The notes under the pieces were generated by a model. The model was given only the letters and a program-made list of their open reading frames with translations. It had not been told where the DNA came from and ran no database searches. Shown piece after piece: positions 28,101 to 42,350 of a DNA stretch of 64,000 nt. The translations under genes were made by a program, and so were the position numbers. Positions within the stretch are counted from its first letter, which is position 1, and every line of letters starts with the position of its first letter. Source of the DNA: the human T2T-CHM13v2.0 reference genome, Homo sapiens; contig CP068257.2 of NCBI GenBank assembly GCA_009914755.4, positions 8,384,001-8,448,000 on the forward strand, read 5' to 3'.

Positions 28101-31100
28101 GGTGGAATGGAATGGAATGGAGTGGTGTGGAATGGAATGGAATGGAGGGGAATGGAATATAATGGAATGGAATGAAATGAAAGGGAATGGTGAAATGATA
28201 TTTGAGCTAAGATCGTGCAACTGCACTGAAGTCTGGGTGACAGAGAGAGAGCCAGTCGAAATAAAGGAGTGGAATGAAATGGAGTCGAATGGAATGGAAT
28301 GGAGTGCAGTGTTATGGAATGGAGTGCAATGGATTGGAGTGGAGTGGAACAGAGTGCAGTGTAGTGGAGTTGACTGGAGTGGATCAGAGTGCAGTGGAAT
28401 GGAATGGAATGCAATGGGCAGGAAAGGAGTGTAGTGTAATAGAGTGGAATGGAGTGAACAGGTGTGGAGTGGAATGGAGTGGAGTGGAATGGAATGGTGT
28501 GGAATGGAAAGGAACAGAATGGAAAGGAACGGAATAGAATGGAATGGAGTGGAGTGAAGTGGAATGAAGAGGGGTGGATTGGAATAGAATGGACCCGTGT
28601 GTAGTGGAGTGGAGTGGATTGGAGTGGAATGTGGGGGAAGGGAATGGAGTGGAGTGGAATGGAATGTAATGGAACGGAATGTAATGGAACGGAATGGAAC
28701 AGAATGGAACGGAATGGAACGGAATGAACAGAATAGAATGGAATGGAACATAGTGGAGTGGATTGGAGTGGCGTAGAGTTGAGTGCAGTGTATTGCAGTG
28801 CAGTGGAATGGAATAGAATGGAATGGAATGGAATGGTGAAATGATATGTGAGCTAAGATTGTGCAACTGCACTCCAATCTGGGTGACAGAGAGAGTCCCA
28901 ATCCAAATAAAGGAGTGAAATGGAATGGAGTCGAATGGAATGGAATGGAGTGCAGTGGTATGGAATGATGTGCAATGGAGTGGAGTGGAACAGACTGTAG
29001 AGGAGTGGAGTTGACAGGAGTGGATCAGAGTGCAGTGGAATGGAATGGAATGCAATGCACAGGAATGGAGTGGAGTGGAATGGAGTGGAATGTAGTGAAC
29101 AGGAGTGGAGTGGAATGGAGTGAAATGGAAAGCAATGGTGTGGAGTGGCACGGAACGGAATGGAATGGAACTGAATGGAACAGAATGGAGTCGAGTGAAG
29201 TGGAGTAGAGTGGAATGGAATGGACTGGTGTGTAGCAGAGAGGAGTGGATTGGAGTGGAATGGAGGGGAAGGTAATGGAGTTGAGTATAATGGAATGGAA
29301 TGGAATGGAATGGAATGGAATAGAATGGAATGGAATGTAGTGGAGTGGATTGAAGTGGAGTGGAGTGGAGTTGAGCGGAGTGGAGTAGAGTGGAATGGAT
29401 TGGAGTGCAACAGAGTGGAGTGGAACGAAGTGGAATGGTTTGGAATGGAAGTTAGTGGCATGGAATGGAAAGGAGTGGATTGGAGTGGAGTGGAATGGGG
29501 TAGAATGGAGTGAAATGGAGTGGAGTGAAATGGAGTCGAATGGAATGGAGTGGAATGGCATGCAACAGAATGGAAAGGAAAGTAATGGAGAGGAGTGGAG
29601 TGAAGTGGAGTGGAGTTGAGTGGAGTGGATCAGAGTGTACTGGAATGGAATGGAATGGAATGGAGTGAAGTTGAATGGAACAGAGTGAAGTGGAGGGGAG
29701 TGGAGTGTATTGTAGTGGAGTGGAATGGAGTAGGGTGGAGTGGAGTGGAGTGGAATGGAATGGAATGGAATAGTGAAATGAAATGTGAGCTAAGATTCTG
29801 CAACTGCACTACAGTCTGGGTGACAAAGTTAGATCCAGTCAAAATAAAGGAATGGAAAGGTATGGAGTAAAATGAAATGGAATGGGTTGGAGTGAAATGG
29901 AATGGAGTGGAATGGAGTGGAGTGGAGTGGAATGGAGTGAAATGGAGTGGAGTGGAGTTTAATGGAATGGAATGCAGTGGAAAGGGAGGGAATGGAGTGG
30001 AGTGGAATGGAGTGAAATGGAGTGGAGTGGAGTTTAATGGAATGGAATGCAGTGGAAAGGGAGGGAATGGAGTGGAGTGGAATGCAGTGGATTGCAATGG
30101 AATGGAGTGGAATGTAGTGAAATGGAGTGGAGTGGAATGGAGTGGAGTGGAATTGAATGGATTGGAATGGAATGGAACAGAATGGAAGAGAATGGAAAGG
30201 AGTGGGGTGGAGTGGAGTGGAGTTCATTGGAGTGGATCGGAGTACACTTGAATTGAATGGAATGAAATGGACTGGAATGGAGTGTAGTGAGTGGAGAGGA
30301 GTTTGGTGGAATTGAGTGGAATTGACTGGAGTTGTGAGGAGTTGTGTGGAGTGGAGTGGAATGGAGTGGAATGGAAGGGAGTGGAGTGGAATGAAGTGGA
30401 ATGGAAGGGAGTGGAGTGGAATGGAATGGAATGGAACGGTATGGAATTGAATGGAACAGAATGGAGTGGAATGGAATGGAATGGAGTGGAGTGGAATTGA
30501 GAGGAGTGGGTCACAGTGCAGTGGAATGGAATGGAATTTGATGGATTGGAATGGAATGTAGTGGAGAGGAATGGAATGGAATAGAATGGAGTGGAGTGGA
30601 ATGAAATGGAGTGGAGTGGAGTGTAGGGGAGTGGAACGGAGTGGTGTGGAATGGAGTGGAATGGAGGGGAATGAAATGGAATGGAATGGAGTGGACTGGA
30701 AGGGAATGGATTGGAATGGAATGAAGTAAAGTGTATCGGAGAGGAGTCGAGTAAAATGGAGTGGAATGTAGGGAAATGGAGTGGAGTGATATGGAGGGGA
30801 GAGGAATGGAATGGAGTGGAATGGAATGAAACAGAATGGAACGGAATGGAACGGAGTGGAGTGGAGTGGAATGGAGGGGAGTTCAGTGGAGTGAAACCGA
30901 GTGCAGTGGAATGGAATGGAATGGAAAGGAATGGAGTGGAGTGAAGTAGAGTGCAGTGGAGTGGTGCGGAGTTGAGTGGAATGGTGTGAAGTGGAATGGA
31001 GTGGAGTAGAGTGGAATGAAATGGAATGTAACGGAATGGAATGGAATGAAATGAAATGGAATGGAAAAGAAAGGAACGGAGTGGAGTGGAGTGGAGAGGA

Positions 31101-34100
31101 GTAGAGTGGAGTGGATCGGAGTGCAGTGGAATTGAATGGAATGCAACTGGATGGAAAGGAATGGGGTGGAGTGGATTGGAATGGAAGGGAGTAGAGTGGA
31201 ATAGAGTGGAATGGAGTGAAGTGGAATGGAAAGGAGTGGAGTAGAATGGAATGCAGTGGAATGGAATGGAATGGAAGAGAATGGTGAAATGAAATGTGAG
31301 CTAAAATTGTGCCACTGCACTCCTTTCTGGATGACAGAGTGAGATTCATTTGAAATAAAGGACTGGAATGCAATGGAGTAGAATGGGAAGGAAAGGAGTG
31401 GAGTGGAATGGCATGGAGTGGAATGAAGTGGAGTGGAGTGGAATGGAGTGGAGTGGAATGGAGAGGAGTGGAATGGAGAGCAATGGAGTGGAATGGAATG
31501 GAATGGAGTGGAATGGAATGGAATGGAATGGAGTGGAATGGAATGGAATGGAATGGAATGGAATGGAATGGAGTGGAATGGAATGGAATGGAATGGAATG
31601 GAATGGAATGGAATGGAGTGGAATGGAATGGAGTGGAGTGGAATGGAATGGAATGGAATGGAATGGAATGGAATGGAATGGAGTGGAATGGAATGGAGTG
31701 GAATGGAGTGGAGTGGAGATGAGTGGAGTAGAATGGAGTGGAGTGGAATGGAGGGGTATGGAGAGCAATGGAATGGAATGTAATGGAGTGAAATGGAACG
31801 GAATGGAGTGGAATGAAATTGAGTGGAGAGGAGTGGAGTGGAGTGGAGTGAAGTGGATTGGAGTGGAGTGGAATGGAATGGACTGTAATGGAATGGAGAG
31901 GATTGGAATGAAATAGAACGGAATGGAATGGAATGTAACGGAATGGAAAGAAACAGAACGGAAGTGAGTGGAGTGGACTGGAATGCAGTGGAGTTGAGTG
32001 GAGTGGTTCATAGTGGAGTGGAATGGAATGGAATGGATCTGAATGGAATGGAGTGGAATGGAATGGATTGGAATGGAATGGAATGGAATGGAATGGAGTG
32101 TAGTGGAGTGGTGTGGAGTAGAGTGGAATGGAATGGAATGGAGTGTAGTGGAGTGGAATGGAATGGAGTGGAGTGGAGTGGAGTGATGTGGACTGCAATG
32201 GAATGAAGGGGATTGGAATGTAATGGAACGAAACGGAATGGAATGGAATGGAATGGAAAGGAAAGAAACAGAACGGAACTGAGTGGAGTGGACAGGAATG
32301 AAGTGGAGTTAAGTGGAGTGGTTCAGAGTGGAGTGGAATGGAATGGAATGGAATGTAAAGGAACGGAATGGAAAGAAGCAGAACAGAACTAAGTGGAGTG
32401 GAGTGGAATGCAGTGGAGTTGAGTGGAGTGGTTCAGAGTGGAGTGGGATGGAACGGAATGGAATGGATTGCAATGGAATGGAGTGGAGTGGAATGGAATG
32501 GAGTGGAGTGGTGTGGGGTAGAGTGGAAAGGGATGGAATGGAATGGAATGGAGTGTAGTGGAGTAGAATGGATTGGAGTGGAGTGGAGTGTAATGGTTTG
32601 GAGTGGAATGGAATGAAGTGGAGTGGAGTGGAGTGGAGTGTAATGGAGTGGAATGGATTGGAATGGAATGGAAAGGAATGGAGTGGACTGGAATGTAACG
32701 GAGTGGAATGGAATTGAATGGAGTGTACTGGAGTGGAGTCGAGTGGACTGTAATGGAATGGAAATGAGAGAAATGTAGTGGAGTGGTATGGATTGTAGTG
32801 GAATAGAAAGGAGTGGAATGGAATGGAACGGAAAGGAACAGATTGGAGTGGAGTGGATTGGAGTGGAGTTGAGTGGAGTGGATCGGAGTGGTGTGGAATT
32901 TAATGGAATGGAATGGAAAGGAATGGAATGGCGTGGAGTGGAATGGAATGGAGTGGAGTGGAATGGAATGGAATGGAGTGGAAGGGAATGGAGTGGAGTG
33001 GAATGGAATGGAATGGAAAGAAATGGCATGGAACAGAACGGAATGGAATGGAAAGGAATGGAATGGAGAGGAGTGGAGAGGTGTGGATTGGAGTTGAGTG
33101 GAGTGGATAAAAGTGCACTGGAATGGAATGGAATAGAATGGAATTGAATGGAATGGAATGGAAAGGAGTCAAGTAGAATGGAGTGGAGTGGCATGGAGTG
33201 GAGGGAAGTAGAGTGTAGTGGAGTGTAGTGGAATGGAATGTAATTGAGTGGAGTGTAATGGAATGGAATGGTGAAATGAAATGTGTGCTAAGATTGTGCC
33301 ACTGCAATCCAGTCTGGGTGACAGAGTGAGATCCAGTCGAAATGATGGAATGGAAGGGAGTAGAAAGGAAAGGAATGGAATGGAGTAGAGTGGAATGGAA
33401 TGGAGTGGAATGGAATGGAGCTTAGTGGAATGGAGTAGACTGGAATGGAGTGGAGTGGAATGGAGTGGAGTGGAGTGGAATAAAATGAAAAGGAATAGAT
33501 TGGAATGCAAGGAATGGAGTGGAGTGGAGTGGAGTTAGTGAAACGGAGTGGAGTGGAATGGAGTGGAGTGGAGTGGAATGGAGTGGAGTGAAATGGAATG
33601 GAGTGGAGCAGAGGGGAATGGAGTGGAATGGAATGGAATGGAATGGAATGGAGAGGAATGGAGAAGAATGGAGTGGAATGTAATGGAGTGGAGTGGAGTG
33701 GATTGGAGTGGAGTGGAGTATATAGGAGTGGAATGGAGTGAAATGGAGTGGAGTGGACTGGAGTGGAGTGGAATGCAATTGAGTGGAATTGAAAGGAACG
33801 GAACAGCTGCAACAGAACAGAATGAAATGGAGTGAGTGGAGTGGAGTGGAGTTGAGTGTAGTTGATCGGAGTGCAGTTGCATGGAATGGAATGGAATGGA
33901 TTGAAATTGAGTGGAGTAGAGTAGAGTTTAGTGGACTGTAGTGGAATGGAGTGGAGTGGAGAGGACTGCAGTGGAGTTGAGTGGAATGGGGTGGAATTGA
34001 GTGGAGCGGAATGGAGTCGAGAGGAATGGAATGGAATGGAATGGAATGGAATGGAATGGAATGGAATGGAACAGAATGGAATGGAACAGAACGGAATGGA

Positions 34101-34656
34101 GTAGAGTGAAATGGAGTGGAGTTGAGTGTAGTGTAGTGGCCTGGAGTGGAATGGAATGGAATAGAATGAAATGGAATGGAATGGTGAAATGAAATGTGAA
34201 CTGATTGTGCCACTGCACTCCAGTATGTGTGACAGAGTGAGATCCAGTCAAAATAAAGGAATGGAAGGAAATGGAGTAGAATGGAATGGAATGGAGTGGA
34301 GTGGAATGGAATGGAGTGGAATGAAATGGAATGGAGTGGAATGGAATGGAGTGGAGTGGAATAGAATGGAATGGATTGGAATGGAATGAAATGGAATGGA
34401 GTGGAATGGAAGGAATGGAGTGGAATGGAGTGGAGTGGAGTGGAATGGAGTGGAGTGCACTGAGTGGAATGGATTGGACTGGAATGGAATGGAGTGGAAT
34501 GGAGTGGAATGGAATGTAATGGATTGGATTGGAATGAAATGGAATGGACTGGAATGCAATGGAATGGAGTGGAGTGGAGTGGGATGGAGTGGAATGGAGT
34601 GAAATGGAGTGGAGTGGAGTGGAATGAAATGGAATGGAATGGAATGGAACGGAATG

Positions 34657-37600
34657 GTGAAATGAAATGTGAGCTGAGATTGTGCGACTGCACTCCAGCC
34701 TGGGTGACAGAGTGAGATCCTGTGGAAAGATAGGAAAGTAATGTTATGGAGTATACTGGAATTGAATGGAATGGAATGTAGTGGAGTGGAGTGGAGTGCA
34801 GTGGAATGGAGTGGAATGCAATGTGATTCAATGGAAAGGATCGGAGGGGAGTAGAGTGCAGTGGAATGGAGTGGAATGGAATGGGATGGAATGGAGAGGA
34901 GAGAAGAAAAGTGTAGTGGAGTGGAATGGAATGGAGTGGAGTGGAGTTGAGTGGACTGGAGTGGAATGGAGTGGAATGGAATGGAAAGGTGAAATGAAAT
35001 GTGAGCTCAGATTGTGCCACTGTGCTCCAGTCTGTGTGAGACAGTGAGACCCTGTCGAAAGAAAAGGATGGAATGGAATGGTGTGGAATGGAAAGGAACG
35101 GAATTGAATGGAGTGGAGTGGAGTGCAATGGAGTGGAATGGAATGGGATGGAAAGGAATGTAATGGTTTTGAGTGGAGTGGAGTGGAGTGATGTGGAATG
35201 GAGTGGAATGTAATGGGACGAATTGGAATGGAGAGGACTGGAGTGGATTGGAATGGAATTGAATGGAATGGAATGGAATGGAATGGAGTGGAGTGGAAAG
35301 GAGTTGAGTCCACTGGAATGCAATGTAATGGAACGGAATGGAATGGAATGGTGAAATTAGATGTGAGATGTGATTGTGCCACTGCACTCCAAACTGTGTG
35401 ACAGAGTGAGATGCTGTCAAAAGAAAGGAATGGAATGGAATGGAACAGAATGTAGAGGAGTGGAGTGCAGTGGAATGGAGTGGAATGCAATGTGATTCAA
35501 TGGAAAGGATCGGAGGGGAGTAGAGTGCAGTGGAATGGAGTGGAATGGAATGGGATGTAATGGAGAGGAGAGGAGAAAAGTGTAGTGGAGTGGAATGGAA
35601 TGGAGTGGAGTGGAGTTGAGTGGACTGGAGTGGAATGGAGTGGAGTGGAATGGAAAGGTGAAATGAAATGTGAGCTCAGATTGTGCCACTGTGCTCCAGT
35701 CTGTGTGAGACAGTGAGACCCTGTCGAAAGAAAGGGATGGAATGGAATGGAGTGGAATGGAAAGGAACGGAATTGAATGGAGAGGAGTGGGGTGGAGTGG
35801 AGTGGAATGGAGTGGAATGGAATGGGATGGAAAGGAATGTAATGGTTTGGAGTGGAGTGGAGTTGAGTGATGTGGAATGGAGTGGAAAGGAATGGGATGG
35901 ATTGGAATGAGATGGGATGGAATTCAATGGAATGTAGCAGAGTGGAGTGGACGGGAATGGAATGGAATGGACTGGAATGTAATGGAATGGAATGGCGTGG
36001 AGTGGAGTGGAATGGAATGGTTTCGAGTGGAATTGAATTGAGCGGAGGGTAGTGGAATGAAGTGGAGTGGAATTGAGTGGAATTGAAAGGATGGAATGGA
36101 ATAGAGTGGAGTGGTTTGGAGTGGAATGGAGAGGAAGGGAGTTGAATGGAATGGGATGGAATGGAATGGAGTGGAGGGGAGTGGAATGGAATGGAATGGA
36201 GTGGAATGGAAAGGAATGGAAAGGAATGGAACGGAATTGAATGGTGATGTGAAATGTGAACTGAAATTGTGTTACTGCACTCCAGCCTGGTTGACAGAGT
36301 GAGATCCTGTCAAAAGAAAGAAATAGAATGGAATGGATTGGAATGGAATGGAATGGAATGGAATGGAATGGAATGGAATGGAATGGAATGGAATTGAATG
36401 GAATGGAGTGGAGTGGAGTGGAATGGAGTGGAATGGAATGGGATGGAATGACATGGAGTGGAGTGGCGTGGAGTGGAATGGAGTGGAGAGGAGTGGAATG
36501 GAATGGAATGGAATGGAGTGGAATGGATATAGTGGAATGGAATGAAATGGAACGGATTGGAATGCAGTGGAATGGAATGGTGAAACCAAATGTGAGCTGT
36601 GATTGTGCCACTGAACTCCAACCTGGGAGAGAGAGTGAGATCCTGTCGAAAGAAAGGAAAGGAACCGAATGAATGCAATGGAATTGAATGGAGTGGAATG
36701 GAGTGGAATGGAGTGGAGTGGAGTGGCGTGGAGTGCAGGGGACTGGAGTGGAGAGGAGTGGAGTGGCGTGGAATGGAGGGGACTGGAGTGGAGAGGAATG
36801 GAGTGGAGGGGAATGGAGTGGTATGGAATGGATGGAGTGGAATGGAATAGAGTGGAGAGGAGTGGAGTGGAGTGGAATGGAGTGGAATCAAATGGGATAG
36901 AATGGAGTGAATTGGAGTGGAGTGGAGTGGAATAGAATGGAATGGAATGGAAAGGAATGGAATTCAATGGAATGGAATATAAAGGAATGGAGTGGAATGG
37001 AATGGTGAAATGAAATATGAACTGAAATTGTGTCACTGTACTCCAGCCTGGGTGACAGAGTGAGATCCTCTCAAAACAAAGAAATGGAATTGATTGCAGT
37101 ATAATGGAATGTAATGGAATGGAGTAAAGTGAAATGGAGTGGAGTTGAGTGGAATGGAGTCTAATGGAACCGGATGGAATGGAGTGGAGTGGTGTGGAGT
37201 GCAATGGAATGGAATTGAATGGAAAGGAGTGGAATGGATATGATGGAGTGGAGTAGAGTGGAAAGGAATGGAATGGAATGGAATGGAATGGAATGGAATG
37301 GAATGGAATGGAATGCAGTGGAAAGGAATGGTGAAATGAAATGTGAGCTGAGATTGTGCCACTGCACTCCAGGCTGGGAGACAGGATGAGATCCTGTAGA
37401 AAAAAAGGAATGGAATGGAATGCAGTGTCACAGAATAGAATGGAATATAGTGGAGTGGAATGGAGTGGAATGGAATGCGATGGACTGGAATGGAGTGTAG
37501 TGGTGTGGAGTGGACAGAAGTGGTAGGGAGTTGAATGGAATGGAGTGGAGTGGTGTGGAGTGGACTGGAGTGGAAGGGAGTTGAATTTAATGGGATGGAA

Positions 37601-37770
37601 TGGAATGGAGTGGAGGGGAGTGGAGTGGAATAAAATGGAATGGAATGGAATGGAATGGAATGGAATGGAATGGAATGGAATGGAATGGAATGGAACGGTG
37701 AAATGAAATGTGAACTAAAATTCTGTTACTGCACTCCAGCCTGGGTGACAGAGTGAGATCCTGTCAAAGG
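34657..37770. repeat. Higher-order module copy 1 (~3.1 kb; motif-variant order B'-D-E-D-C-F-G-H-C, with an internal ~670-bp tandem duplication).
   Basis: Begins with 'aaagataggaaagtaatgttatggagtatactggaattgaatgg'. The order of motif variants matches copy 2. 34775-35060 is ~97% identical to 35450-35725. Confidence 0.65.
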
Positions 37771-39649
37771 AAAGGAATGGAATGGAGTACAATGGAATGG
37801 AATGGAATGGAATAGAGTGGAGTGGAGTGGAATGGATTGGAATGTAATGTAATGGAATGACATGGAGTGGAGTGGAGTGGCATGGTTTGGAATGGAGTGG
37901 AATGGAGTGCAATGGAATGGAGTGGAGTGGAGTGGAATGGAATGGAATGGAATAGAATGGAGTGGAATGTAATGGAGTGGAGTGTAGTGGATTGGGGTGG
38001 AGTGGATAAGAGTGGAATGGAGTGGAATGGAGTGAAATGGAGTGGAGTTGACTGTAGTGGAGTGGAATGGAATGGAGTGGAATGGAAAGGAACGGAAAGA
38101 ACTGGAACGGAACGGAATGAAACGGAGTGAGTGGAGTGGAATGGAGTTGAGTGGAGATGATCGGAGTGTAGTTGCATGGAATGGAATGGAATGGAATGGA
38201 GTGGAGTGGAGTAGAGTGGAGTTTAGTTGATTGTAGTGGAATGGAGTGGAGTGAAGTGGAGAAGACTGCAGTGGAGTTGAGTGGCATGGAATGAAATTGA
38301 GTGGAATGGAGTGGAGAGGAATGGAATGGAATGGATCGGAATGCAATGGAATGGAATGGAACAGAACGGAATGGAGTAGAGTGGAGTGGAGTGGAGTGGA
38401 ATGGAATGACATGGAATGGAATGGAATGCAATGGAATGGAAAGGGGAAATGAAATGTGAGCTAAGATTGTGCCACTGCACTCCTGTCTGGGTGACAGAGG
38501 AAGATCCAGTCGAAATAATGGAATGGAAAGGAACGAAGTAGAATGGAATGGAATGGAGTGGACTGGAATGGAATGTAGTGGATTGGAGTAGAGTGGAGTG
38601 GAATGGAGTGGAGTGGAATGGAGTGGAGAGGAGTGGAGTGGAATGCAGTGGAGTGGAATGGAAAGGAATGGAGTGGAAATGAATGAAATGGAGTGGAATG
38701 GATTGGAGTGGAGTGGAATGGACTGCAGTGGAATGAAGTGTTGTGGAATGGAGTGGAATGGAGTGGAATGGACGGGAATGGAATTGAATGGAATGGAATG
38801 AAGTGCATTGGAATGTAATGGAGTGGAGTGTAGTGGGTTGGAGTGGATTGGAGTGGAATGGAGTGCAGTAGAGTGAAATGGAGTGCAGTGGAAAGGAGGG
38901 TAGTGGAAAGGATTGGAGTGGAATGGAACAGAATAGAACAAAATGGAACGGAATGGAATAGAGCGGAGTGGAGTGGAGTTGAGTGGAGTGGATCAGAATG
39001 CATTGGAATGGAATGGAATGAAATGGATGGAGTGGAGTGTAGAGTCGTGTAGTGGAGAGGAGTGGAGTGGAATGGAGTGGAGTGAAGTGGAGTGGAATGC
39101 AATGGAATGGAATAGAATGAAATGGAAAGGAATGGTGAAATTAAATGTGAGCTAAGATTGTGCCACTGCACTCCAGTATGTGTGACAGAGTGAGATCCAG
39201 TCGAAATAAAGGAATGGAACGAAATGGAGTATAATGGAATGGAATGGAGTGGAGTGGAATGGAATGGAGTGGAATCAAATGGAGTGGAGTGGAATGGAGT
39301 GGAGTGGAATGGAGTGGAGTGGAATAGAGTGGAATGGAGTGGAATGGAGTGAAATGGAATGCAGTGGACTGGAAGGAATGGAGTGGAATGGAGTGGAGTG
39401 GAGTCGAATGGAGTGGAGTGCTCTGAGTGTAATGGAGTGGAGTGGAATGGAATGGAGTGGAATGGAATGGAATGGTATGGACTGGAATGAAATGGAATGG
39501 AGTGGAATACAATCGAGTGGAGTGGAGTGGATTGGAGTGGAATGGAGTGGAGTGGAATGGAGTCGAATGGAGTGAAATGGAGTGGAGTGGAGTGGAGTGG
39601 AATGAAATGGAGTAGGAATGGAATGGAATGGAATGGAATGGAACGGAAT

Positions 39650-42350
39650 GGTGAAATGAAATGTGAGCTGAGATTGTGCCACTACACTCCAGCCTGGGTG
39701 ACAGAGTGAGATCCTGTTGAAAGAAAGGAAAGTAATGTTATGGAGTGTACTGGAATTGAATGGAATGGAATGTAGTGGAGTGGAGTGGAGCGGAAAGGAG
39801 TGGAATGCAATGTGATGCAATGGAAAGGATCGGAGTGGAGTGGAGTGCAGTGGTATTGAGTGGAATGGAATGGGATGGAATGGAGAGGAGAGGAGAAAAG
39901 TGGAGTGGAGTGGAATGGAATGGAGTGGAGTGGAGTTTAGTGGATTGGAGTGGAATGGAATGGAAAGGTGAAATGAAATGTGAGCTCAGATTGTGCCACT
40001 GTACTCCAGCCTGTGTGAGACAGTGAGACCCTGTCGAAAGAAAGGGATGGAATGGAATGGAGTGGAATGGAAAGGAACGGAATTGAATGGAGAGGAGTGG
40101 GGTGGAGTGGAGTGGAATGGAGTGGAATAGAATGGGATGGAAAGGAATGTAATGGTTTGGAGTGGAGTGGAGTTGAGTGATGTGGAATGGAGTGGAAAGG
40201 AATGGGATGGATTGGAATGGAGAGGACTGGAGTGGAGTGGAATGGAATGGAATGGAATGGAATGGAGTGGAGTGGAATAGAGTGGAGTGCACTGGAGTGC
40301 AATGGAATGGAATGGTGAAATTAAATGTGAGCTGTGATTGTGCCACTGCACTCCAGCCTTGGTGACACAGTGAGATGCTGTCAAAAGAAAGGAATGGAAT
40401 GGAATGCAGACGAGTAGAGTGGAGTGCAGTAGAATGGAGAGGAATGGAATGGATTGGAATGGGATGGGATGGAATTGAATGGAATGTAGTGGAGTGGAGT
40501 GGACTGGAATTGAAAGGAATGAACTCGAATGTAATGGAATGGAGTGGAGTGGAGAGGAGTAGAGTGGAGTGGAATGGAATGGTTTCCAGTGGAATTGAAT
40601 GGCGTGGAGGGTAGTGGAGTGAAGTATAGTGGAATGGAATGGAATTGAATGGGATTGAATGGAATGGAGTTGAGTGGTGTGGAGTGTACTGGAGTGTAAG
40701 GGAGTTGAATGGAATGGATTAGAGTGGTGTGGAGTGGAATGGAGAGGAAGAGAGTTGAATGGAATGGGATGGAATGGAATGGAGTGGAGTGGAGTGGAAT
40801 GGAATGGAATGGAATGGAATGGAAATGAATGGAATGGAATGGAATGGAATGGAATGGAATGGAATGGAAATGAATGGAATGGAATGGAATGGTGAAATGA
40901 AATGTGAACTGAAATTGCGTTACTGCACTCCAGTCTGGGTGACAGAGTGAGATCCTGTCAAAAGAAAGGAATAAAATGGAATGGATTAGAATGGAACGGA
41001 ATGGAATGGAATGGAATGGAACGGAATGGAATGGAACGGAATGGAATGGAATGGAGTGGAGTGGAGTGGAGTGGAATGGAGTGGAATGTAATGGGATGGA
41101 ATGACATGGAGTGGAGTGGCATAGAGTGGAATGGAGTGGAGTGGAGTGTAATGGAATGGAATGTAATGGAGTGGGATGTATATAGGGGAGTGGAGTGGAA
41201 TGGAATGGAATGAAATGGAATGGATTGGAATGCAGTAGAGTGAAATGGTGAAACGAAATATGAGCTGAGATTGTGCCACTGCACTCCATCCTGGGAGAGA
41301 GAGTGAGATCCTGTCAAAAGAAAGGAATGGAACGGAATGGAGTGCAATGGAACGGAATGGAGTGGAATGGAGTGGAGTGGAGTGGACTGGAGTGGAGAGG
41401 AGTGGAGTGGAGGGGAATGGAATGGTATGCAATGGATGGAATAGAATGGAATGGAGTGGAGAGGAGTGGAGTGGAGTGGAATGGAGTGGAATGGAATGGG
41501 ATCGAATAGAGTGAATTGGAGTGGAGTGGAATGGAGTGGAATAGAATGGAATGGAATGGAATTTAATGGAATGGAATGGAAAGGAATGGAATGGATTGGA
41601 ATTGTGAAATGAAATGTGAACTGAAACTTTGTCACTGCACTCCAGCCTGGGTGACAGAGTGAGATCCTCTCAAAACAAAGAAATGGAATTGAATGGAGTA
41701 TAACGGAATGTAATGGAATGGAGTAGAGTGAAATGGAGTGGAGTTGAGTGGAATGGAGTCTAATGGAACCGGATGGAATGGAGTGGAGTGGTGTGGAGTG
41801 CAGTGGAATGGAATTGAATGGAATGGAGTGGAATGGAATGGAATGGAATACAGTGGAAGGGATTGGTGAAATGAAATGTGAGCTGAGATTGTGCCACTGT
41901 ACTCCAGCCTGGGAGACAGTGTGAGATCCTGTAGAAAGAAAGGAATGGAACGGAATGGAGTGTAATGGAATGGAATGGAATGGAATGTAGTGGAACGGAA
42001 TGGAATGGAGTGTAGTGGAATGGAATGGAATGGAGTGTAATGGAATGGAATGGAATGTAGTGGAATGGAATGGAGTGGAATGGAATGGGATGGAATGGAA
42101 TGGAGTGCAGTGGTTTGGAGTGGACTGAAGTGGAAGGGAGTTGAATGGAATGGAGTGGAGTGGTGTGGAATGGACTGGAGTGGAAGGGAGCTGAATGGAG
42201 TGGGATGGATTGGAATGGAGTGGAGTGGAGTGAAGTGGGGTGGAATAGAATGGAATGGAATGGAATGGAATGGAATGGTGAAATGAAATGTGAACTGAAA
42301 TTGTGTTGCTGCACTCCAGCCTGGGTGACAGAGTGAGATCCAGTCAAAAG
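39650..42350. repeat. Higher-order module copy 2 (~2.7 kb; B'-D-E'-C-F-G-H-C).
   Basis: Begins with 'gaaagaaaggaaagtaatgttatggagtgtactggaattgaatgg', ~4.99 kb after the copy 1 start. Long stretches align to copy 1 at an estimated ~88-92% identity, for example 40880-41940 against 36240-37400. Confidence 0.65.
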
